From: Lingula anatina
Lineage: Eukaryota; Animalia; Brachiopoda
DNA: 64,000 bases
Direction: 5' to 3'
Assembly (NCBI GenBank): GCA_051362555.1
Contig: CM120648.1
Location: 7,188,587-7,252,586, forward strand
Shown piece by piece: positions 39,181 through 64,000 of this stretch (its first letter is position 1; each line of letters starts with the position of its first letter). The notes under the pieces were generated by a model, which searched no databases, was not told the DNA's origin, and worked only from the letters and a program-made list of their open reading frames with translations. A program made the translations under genes and the position numbers.

Positions 39181-39195
39181 GCTGCCCTCTGGTGG
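39181..39195 (-). promoter_or_regulatory. CTCF-like motif
   Basis: Reverse complement CCACCAGAGGGCAGC fits the CTCF core consensus. Located between the convergent LRR and SLC35E2 genes. Confidence 0.35.
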
Positions 39196-39306
39196 AGAGT
39201 ACCCACCACCTTTATTATAAGCGATTCCTGGAAATCTTCATTATTAGCACATCTCTGCCTGATATAGTAATTATAATTCATTAATCTCTCAAAATCAGGG
39301 TGCCCC

Positions 39307-39337
<31 letters not shown>

Positions 39338-42300
39338 ACACTGCTGCAACAGTGAAAGCAAATTACAACAAGAGACAGTTTGCAAATTGCAATCATTCCC
39401 TTTATTCTTAAAAAGTTTTGAGCCCTGCAAAACATATGCCTGGGTCACGACTCTGACTACCTACCCCACCTTGTGTTTCTGTCAAACACGTGAAATGACA
39501 GAAAACATGCTTTAAATTCTGTTTTTCAGATTATGACTCTTTCAACAACCAACACAGCCCATTAATTTATGTACCAGTTTGTGAAAGATCCTAATAATGT
39601 GACAGTTAACCTGATTTTAGTAAATACATGTAAAACCTGATTTTACCATGTGACTCAAAGCCTGCAGCAGTGAGCTGCAGCAGTAACTAATAAATATTCC
39701 ACTTTTGTTTTCCTGCTGCAAAAATATTTTTTGCAGCACAAAAATAGACTTCATGTTTAATATAAATCAATATGTACATCACACATGAAGTATATCACAG
39801 CAAGAACTGGGATATCCCCTTATCATGAACAACTGGGTTTTTCCTCCCAAATATTTCCCCCCTTTTAAACTTTTTGGTCAACAGTACAACAAGATATAAT
39901 ACAAAACATTTGGGAGCGCAAAGAATACATTACAGTGACTTATTTCCCTTTGAATATCAATCTGCTGAGAGTCAATAGCATATGGTAGCAAATTGAACAT
40001 CAGATTCATGTCAGGGTAGTAAATTCATTGTCCACTCAGAGCTGAAGACACTTGATGTCCACATTCTTAACAATCAAAACACATAACTCTTTGCACGCTA
40101 GAACAATTCTTTTTTTAAATCATCACACTGGAATGCATCTTTAAAACAATCTAGCAAACACAAATATGGGACAAATCTCTATCTAAAGAACCTGAAAAGA
40201 AAAGAAACAACAGAGGAGAAGATGTTGAATAATCTGACGAGGCTTATAAATAAAAACATCTGTAGCTATTGCAATACCAATCATGATCCATTCATAACTG
40301 GTTGAAGCCAGTCTGGCAACATGCCAAAGCATGCAATTTATTTAAATTTATCTAAAGATGTAATGGTTTAGGCACACTAAATGGGATTAACCCACCAAAA
40401 TTAACTCTCCTCATCGATCAGAGATAAAAACAATTTTCTAGTACTCATGAATCATTTCTTGACCTGTTCCTGCCCTTGGATTCAATGTTTTTATTCCATT
40501 TTTAATTTAATGATTTATTTCAAAATTGCTGGCCAGTCATTTAGAAAGCCATGTCTTCTTGTACATTTCAGAAGGAACTATTGGAGATTTTATAAAAGGG
40601 GTTTTGTAGTTTTTAACTTCTAAAATATGAAAGATGTAGCTTTGCAGGGCATGTAGTGATACAAAATATGACTTCAGGAAATTTTAAAACCCATACAGCA
40701 TACCTTTAAATTTAACTAACATATTTATCAATATAGAATAACTCTCATTCTGTCTATCTCACACACACATAATCTTCATAAATTATGGGATTTTTCAAAG
40801 ATTAAAAACCCATGTTTATTTTGCTCTGCAAACCAAATTTATGCGAATAATTTGTAAGTGGCAACATTTCATTGGGACTCGATTAATTTGTTGAGAGACA
40901 GTGTGGATTAATAAACCGTACCTGGCTCCATTTTCACTTTTAAAAAGCTGTCACATTACTCCAGGAAGTAATTTATTCAAATTAAATGTATGGGACATGC
41001 TTAAAACCTCAATAACTCCCCCGACTTACCCCAATACCTTTTATGGATTCCGTTTAATTGACTGTTTCACTAAATCAATGAATTACAAAGCAGCTTGATG
41101 CATTTAAAAATTATTTTTAACCTTTCACAGACCGCTGGAAATTTTCTGCTCACTTTTTCACTGATGCAAGTAGAAGATTATGATAAAATTGTCAATACCT
41201 GGCAGAACATAATAGTAAAGGGGAAATTCTAAATCCTTGGGGGAGACTGGGCATTTTGCTTTCATAAAAAGATTTTACAGCTTTCAAATACCAGTCTCCC
41301 TGTTGAAAAAAATAATTCGATAATCCTATTTTTTTTCTTTTTACCTAACAATGTGTTCTTAAAGTAGTGCCTGGATTTATTCTTTTTTTTTAGTCTGGCC
41401 AAGAGAAGCAGCACTCAACATCCTAATTAAATTCCTTTTGACTAATTTGTGAAGATTAATAATAAATATATGCATATTGCCAAGGTGGTTCTGTGACTGA
41501 ATTACCTTTTCAATATAAATGGAACATACCACACCCTTATTTGACAAGTTTTCACAGCAAATCAGTATAATAAAGCCTTTCTTAATCTATAAATTAAATA
41601 TCCTAACAACATATTGATTGACCCATCTGAAGATCTGGTTAACATTTCATTATGAGGTATATTACATATAAACAAGAGGACAGACATTTCAACTATTTAA
41701 ATGTGTTATTTTTATATCTAATATCCTCACCATGAATCATAAAAACTGATTAACTTTAATAGTGAGATCACAAGTTATTTAAATTCAATTCAATAAGAAT
41801 CATAATTATGATGTTTTATTTTTTCTAAGATTCCAATTCTAAATACTTGTAAAATGGACCCCTTTGCACTATCAATGTGACCCCTATATATGGGAAACCC
41901 TTTGCCTCAGATCTGTGGTCCCCATAGAAAATTGTTACAAGAACACTTCCTGTGCATGCAGCATATGGCACACAGCTGTGTCATTCAAGTGACACATTAA
42001 AGCCACATTTTTATAGTGAGCAAAATTATTAAAGGGATAATAACTCTTCGTAGGAGATCTATATTTCACAATCAAAACATTGTGAATAACTCTACGATAA
42101 TAATTTTACGACAAAAACAGCAGTTATAGCTATTATTCTGATATCTAAGCTTGTCTTCAGATCACGTGACCTCCATTGATGGCTATACTCTGTTATAGTC
42201 TCTTAAGAGATTTTAACAAAAAACCAAACTTTTTAGAAAAAAACCAGGGACTAACTTTGAATGTAAAAATGGATTCATTAACCATTGGTAAGTAAGGGAA

Positions 42301-42402
42301 AATTGTTGTTTACTCCAGGAAAATTCATTTTTTGGCCAAAACGAAGAGTTATTATTGCTTTAATGCCCATGCAATACTTTAAAATTTAATCAGCATTATG
42401 GG

Positions 42403-42404
<2 letters not shown>

Positions 42405-42468
<64 letters not shown>
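42405..42468. repeat. (AT)n microsatellite
   Basis: About 32 AT units downstream of the SLC35E2 stop. Confidence 0.95.
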
Positions 42469-42470
<2 letters not shown>

Positions 42471-42890
42471 TACCAAGTAAATTTTGTGGTTCAATTTTGT
42501 GCTACAGATTACTGTGCAATTATAAGACAGCATCAGCTCATTTGGAGTTGCCCCGTACTTGTTACAAATAACTTCACATGGGTCTTGTACATTTTTGCAC
42601 AATGTATATCTTACAAAAATCATATGGACAGACCTGTACTGATCCATAAAGAGATGTTTTGGAATTTTTAAAGCTTTCAAATACATGATACAGGGTTGAC
42701 ACAGGTAGATTCATAGTTCAAGCAACACATGTAGCCATTTGCTGATACCTTCTGCTTACAGTATACTCTGGTAATTCCTTTATCACTTACTTTAATGGAA
42801 CAATGAAACAAAGTAATTTTCTGTTGCATTTAGTTGCACTGTAACACTAGCTAACCTAGATAGCCCCAACTGCCTCTAATGTAACGAATA

Positions 42891-45895
<3,005 letters not shown>

Positions 45896-46534
45896 ACTGT
45901 TGCCATATTTATAGAGGGCACTGGATAATGATGAAAATTAATGGGATGTCAATTTGAAAGTGCCTTGAAAACTTTATCCTCCTTACTTGTTATACATTCA
46001 CCTTAGCCTAAAAAAGTAAAAGTATGTTTCATTGTCCATTAATCCTCCAATTACAATGAAATTCATTACTGGCATAAAAAAGATTTCCTATAAATTTTTT
46101 GATTTAATATGTATTTACATTAGCTGGGTCACACCTTGCAAGATATAAGTATCATGTTATTTGTCAAAAAATAACAATAAAAATGTATAAAATGCATGAA
46201 TATGGGTATCTAACTTCCTTTGTCTTATTTTTTCAAAGCAATCAAATATATACTGGTTTTAAAAAAGATCAAAATCAATAAAATGTTTAAAGCACAGAAG
46301 AATACACAATGGCATAATTACATATAAAAGTAGTAATAAAATTTGTCAAGTCATGAGAACAAACACTGATCCTTTAAAAACTGATTAAATATATATGGTT
46401 CTGCTGGCCCTCAGATGTGAAGCATACTAGAATTAAAAATTAATATGCCATATGATATGGGAGTGTCCATGTACAGTACAATATTAATGAAATGCCATTC
46501 CTATCTCTGCTAACTAGGGTTTTGATACTAATTA

Positions 46535-46680
<146 letters not shown>

Positions 46681-47439
46681 GTCGATTATTATTACAAGTG
46701 AAGTTGAGAATGAAGACAAATGAAAACAAATCCAAGTTATCTTTACCTTTACCTCTTTATCTTTCAACTTTTCACAATTTTAATTGGTATTAATATGGGA
46801 AACAAAATCTGATCAAACCAGCTCATATTTAGTCTGGATGACATTTTTGGCATCACAACATATGCGTGCCACATTCATCATTTAAAATAGCCCAAAAATA
46901 ATGCTTCTACTTTTTCCATCTGACTGATTAGAATTCTTATCACTATTACGTGTGTCATATTGCACTTCATATTGGAAGAGGTGCTACAGCAACAAGAACA
47001 GACATCTAAATAAAAAATAAACCACAACCACACATCGTGACATGGTTAGGTTTTTCCGGCATTAAACCTTAACCAGTAAGTATTGTCTCCGTTTAATCTA
47101 TCTTACTATGGAATTATAGTTTAATTGACGTGATGTCGGTGTAATCTAATTTTTTTCCAGAAAAAAAGGAAAAAGTTGTTGAAGTTGAGCGTTGTTTATC
47201 TTACTCTTTGTCAAATTCTTAAATCCTTACACATCCAGCCTTCAAATCAAGTAAATCTTGTACAGACTGCGTTTCACAAATGTCACTTTACTGTGTTTAA
47301 ATAGCTGCAGTTTTGTTTGTTAACATTCCATCGTCCACGCTCAGTGTCGAGTTGGCACGGTGATTGCCGCTCGAGAGATAAAATGACCATGTTTTCCAAA
47401 TTTCTTACCTTCCTATCCCGTGACAAAACACATGAAAAG

Positions 47440-47655
47440 CTTACCTTAGCGTGGTTAATCAAAGACCGCTGCTATTGTGACAATCCGGGCACATAAGTGT
47501 TTAATTTAAATCGCCACGAAGCAGCGCCTTCTCCAGCGACTCCATCTTGCGCAGTAGACAAAGGTCAAGGACGTTAGACAGGCACTACACTTCCGGTTTA
47601 GTTTCACGTGTGTAAAATTTCATCTTCGGTCGTTGATGCACAAACAAGGGTACTA
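47440..47655. promoter_or_regulatory. Putative compact bidirectional promoter (SLC35E2 / DHX36) with non-coding first exons
   Basis: CpG-rich patch. Minus-strand CAAGATGGAG (47540-47549) and minus donor gtaagc (47439-47444). ETS CACTTCCGGT (47588-47597), E-box CACGTG (47605-47610). Plus-strand donor AGG|gtacta at 47651; acceptor at 48380, 2 nt before the DHX36 ATG. Confidence 0.6.
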
Positions 47656-48382
47656 TATACTATATAGTATATGTACTATGTATACAGTGAATGATTGAAT
47701 TTTTTGTTTAAATGAATGCACTTAGACCTGGGCTAAGAAGAGTTTTTAGGTTTCCCGGAAGAGCAACTGCCTGTTTCTCTGACACATTATTAGGTACAGT
47801 ATTCCAAAGTTGCATGAGCCTTTAATGTCTTGCTTCACCTCAGTTTTCTGCCTTAATTACCGCGGTAAGGGCATCTAGCATGTAAGACTGAAAACTGAGG
47901 TAAAACTGAGTCATTGTTGGATTCAGTATGAATTAAACCACGTTTACACACTAGATCAGTATGCTGCACCCTGTACACAATACTGTCAGTTGCTATACAA
48001 TGTACATGTACCTAGCTGTAGTATAGGCAACACATTGTAACCAGAACTTAATTAAAATGTGGAAGCACAGGTCCTGTTCTATAGAAAACATTTGTTTGGT
48101 TGATTTAAAATATTTATCCCATCCTAAACCCAGGGAATTATTACATGTTAAATGAGAGAGTCCAGCATTTTGATGAAATGCCCTTAAGTTCAAAACTTGA
48201 ATAGCATGCAAAATGGTACTTGTGCAGCATTTTTCTTTGTCCACTCGTTGCAGTTTTTCACCTCACATGCTATGTTATGACAATTTCCTTGCAAAATTGT
48301 ATTGAGAATTTCTATGAAGAAAATACATGTATTTGTGCACCCGTCGTTAGTCTTTTAACCTTTCTGTTGATCATTATCAGAC

Positions 48383-60748
<12,366 letters not shown>

Positions 60749-62867
60749 GGCAAGATAACGCAGAAAAGTCCATTAATTAGTTGACTATAACAAGCCTGCA
60801 AATGTCTGATCACCTTTCTGTTTGAAGGGATAGATAAACACACGTTCCTCTGCCACTTTTAATTTTACTTTTTTTTTTCATCATTTTTAACCTTAGAATT
60901 GTGATAATGCATTGTGGTTAAACATTTTTTGTCATTTAATGCATATAAACTATTAGGTGAACTAAAAGCACCGAAGCCTAAGGAAATAAAATCTGATGAA
61001 ATTGTAGTCTTAATAATTTTGCATATCAATTTGATAAGTGTTGTGTATTTAACCAGGGAATTATATCATAGACTATCGTGTGAATCCTAAGTAGCAACAT
61101 TTGAAGACAGAAGCATAAGGTATTCAATTTATTAACAAAATTGTGTCATTTTAGCACCATTTTACAATTACAATCTTAATACATTACTTTTTTTCTAAAG
61201 GATTTTTTTACAAAGCTGCCTTCTCCATATCCTCTTTACGTTATATGTATTTATATTGCAACTTGATTCATACATAAATCAGCCTATTGTTTAGAGTTCT
61301 AAAATGGAAAAATAATGAGGCTTATATGCTGTATCTATGCCAAAATCGGATCCAGGGAGACGCAGTGTCTGTCGCGTCCCCCCCCCCCCCCCCTCCCAAA
61401 AAAAAAATAAATACATAGAATGGGTATGGAAATCGAAATATCGAAGTAGTCGGCCTCGATTCTCTTGACAAAAAGTATTTCACCTTATGTGACAAACACC
61501 CCTCTCATCAAAATTCTGAACCCGTCTACTCATGTACGTGGAAGAAAAGTGTTCCGTGAATAGTGAACGCGTGTATGTCGTACAGTTCAATGACTTCCCG
61601 AATTTCTGGACTTGAAATAGGCATATAATAAATTTGACTTGAGCTAAGGATATTCAATCAACAGGTGAGTGTCCATTTGATAGCATTGGTGCCCATTTCC
61701 TCACTGGGATGAAGATGGGCAATGGATCACGTGATTATCCCCTAGTTCTGCATCGCCCCATCGGTGGCCCGCGTTTGAGGGCCTAAGTGATCTTCATTTC
61801 TCCATAAAACGAAACAAAACTTTCACCCCTCACACATGGACCATTTAGTCACCCACAACACCGTGTCCGATAAAAGTTGAATGCAGTATGCTGTTTACGG
61901 TAATAATCTCTTTATTTAATCTTTACATACCCAAAGTAATGCTTTGTCAGTAGTGCCCAGAAGAAACGTTGATTCAAAATTGGGCTCGTATGAGAAATTG
62001 TATAGTTTTGGGTACTAGATCTGTGTTTTGTTTGAAATTTTGGTGGTAGTTTCTGTACTTGAAGTAATATAGGTCTCGGATTTTCTCTTAATTTTGTCAT
62101 AGGTATGAATATGTATTCCTCAATCAAGAGGTATACTAGTATTAATAAAGGTGATATTAACGAGCTGCGTCGGCGATATCAATGTCAGTGATAGATCTAG
62201 AGTCTCTGTCCGCCAGCCCCCGTCTTTGTATAAAACTACCAAATGTAGACAGAACTGGATTGGAGCACCAAAAAACTACTATTGTAAATTATCCATGGAG
62301 CGCCAAAAGTTCAATTGTAATAGCACCCACGGAGCGCCAAAAAGTTCAATTGTAAAAATACCCATTAGAAACTCTTATGTTTGTCGACATTATACGATTA
62401 GGCTTTTAAATGTACGTGTCACAAATCCTCTTACATCTCTACAGATACAGTCGATATGGTTGTGATGAAATATGCATTTGACTAGACTAGAATATCGTCC
62501 AACAAATGAACAGACTTTTGCTCTAAATATCAGCAGTTACTTCTACATCTATCGTCTGCAAAGAAAACTTATTAAATCTTTAAACATCATAAAGGTACAT
62601 ATACGTGTAACTTTCAACACATACGTAATCTGGTTATGTGATGACAAATCTTGAATCACTTTTAGTATTATCACACAAAAAGGAATATTAAATACAGCGT
62701 TAATATCAGCTAATTGAAATCGCATACATTTTGCATTATCTGATTCAAATTTAATTTTCTCTTTTCTGACGATTTCGTCGTCCTGCAACGATTTTAATCA
62801 TCATCTTGTGTCAATTCTTAGCAGACACTTCGACAAAATAAACATTTTGTGAAGAAATATTCTCATT

Positions 62868-63852
62868 TTAGGATGATTTCACTTCTGCTTCAGAGTTCAT
62901 GTTCTCATCGACGACATCGTCATTTTTCGACGTCAGATCAATTTCATTAAACCCCGCCAAGTACGTCACAACTCTGTGCGTGACGTCAACAATTTTTCGC
63001 GCCACCTGTTCAGTATACGTCACTTCCGGTCTGCTATATCTCCTCGAGGACGGATCAAATGACTCGATATAATCCGCGCTGGTTCTTCTAAAGACGTCCA
63101 CGTCTGCGACTAGCTGGATGGGTCTCTTTTGCAGGCGCATTGTGTACGCCAGCAAAGGCTGAAGGCTGTGAATAGCGAGTGCTTGTTCTGGGGTGGCCAA
63201 GCCGTGATTCACAATGGTCCCTATCAGGACTTTTCTAACGACTTCGGTACAGAGAGAACAGCACCATTCTGTGAGGCCCGTCTCGAGCATAACATCGGCT
63301 GTCGGTAGGTCTCGTAGAGCAATGGCGAAGAGTCTGCGTGCGCATTCAGGGTCTGGATCTACCAAGCCCCGCTCAGCTGAAAAAGAAAAAGTGGTACAGC
63401 TTGTAACATTGACGTTATGAAGATTTTTACCAATATATATCGTTTCGAACCTTCAAAATAACTGAAATTTATAGCCCAATCTCTTCTTATGGGTACTCAA
63501 AAGAGTTTACACAGAGGTTCGATTTTTCAATCATGTTCAATGGCATGAGAAACATTATGGTAACGTTATAATAACGTTCAGTGTTTGCTGGGTTCAAAAC
63601 CGTGTCTTCGTAGCTTGAGCCCCGTTGTAGCTGTGCCACTTATCGACAACAAGCAAAAGGCCACCTGAGTTGAGTAGTATGAGCCTCACCCAATAAGCTA
63701 ATTCATTTCGCTATACATACCAAGCTCAATCTTTCTTCGTTCTTCTTCCTGTTCCCTGTACAAAGATACCACGCCTGCGTACTGGCGCTCTACTCGTTCT
63801 ATTTCCTGCTGCAGGTGTCTAAGAACGGTCTCTGCTTCTGTTGCGTCGTAAT
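62868..63852 (-). CDS. 3' end of a sacsin-like gene: end of a J-domain-like helix followed by a HEPN-like C-terminal domain (partial)
   Basis: Exons 63721-63852 and 62868-63376 join in phase (CTT G|CT GAG) with canonical ttttccag, gtatgt and tttcag sites. Peptide AETVLRHLQQEIERVE...DPDPECARRLFAIALRDL...EWCCSLCTEVVRKVLIG...HSL...PEVTYTEQVARKIVDVT resembles the sacsin C-terminus as I recall it (ANEVFKHLQNEINRLE...NPVEARRWLRQA...EWVCFKC...PNDRFTSEVA). Confidence 0.7.
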
Positions 63853-64000
63853 CTGGAAAACGATTCCCTCATATATGACTGCACGAGTAAGAAAATTAAG
63901 CTGGACTTTTTTTACGGAACGAAAGAAACAGTTTGAATACTGAAGGGTATGTAAATATTATATGTAGTATTAGTGAGTTTTAAAAATAGAAATCTTTATC

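Overview
AT-rich, intron-rich eukaryotic genomic DNA from a bilaterian invertebrate (lophotrochozoan-like; taxon inferred). I reconstructed five protein-coding genes by hand with phase-consistent GT-AG splice sites: (1) calsyntenin, minus strand, 16 exons visible, running off the left edge just after the TM helix; (2) a 667-aa LRR-Ig-TM receptor with a single coding exon, plus strand; (3) SLC35E2-type nucleotide-sugar/triose-phosphate transporter, minus strand, 6 coding exons; (4) the G-quadruplex helicase DHX36, plus strand, 25 coding exons, about 1099 aa; (5) the last two exons of a sacsin-like J-domain/HEPN gene, minus strand, running off the right edge. The first four form two head-to-head pairs. 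Introns and UTRs carry a 2.6-kb Helentron-type non-autonomous element with a 146-bp tandem array, several MITE families and long microsatellites. I cannot show a confidently novel biological system. The best leads are: a 74-bp duplication giving calsyntenin a second acceptor that would yield a tail-less membrane isoform; an 11-residue amphipathic repeat in the LRR receptor tail; the spliced, degenerate sacsin-type HEPN gene; a strong uORF overlapping the SLC35E2 start (AUGA); and a duplicated poison donor in DHX36. Family assignments come from remembered motifs, not database searches.
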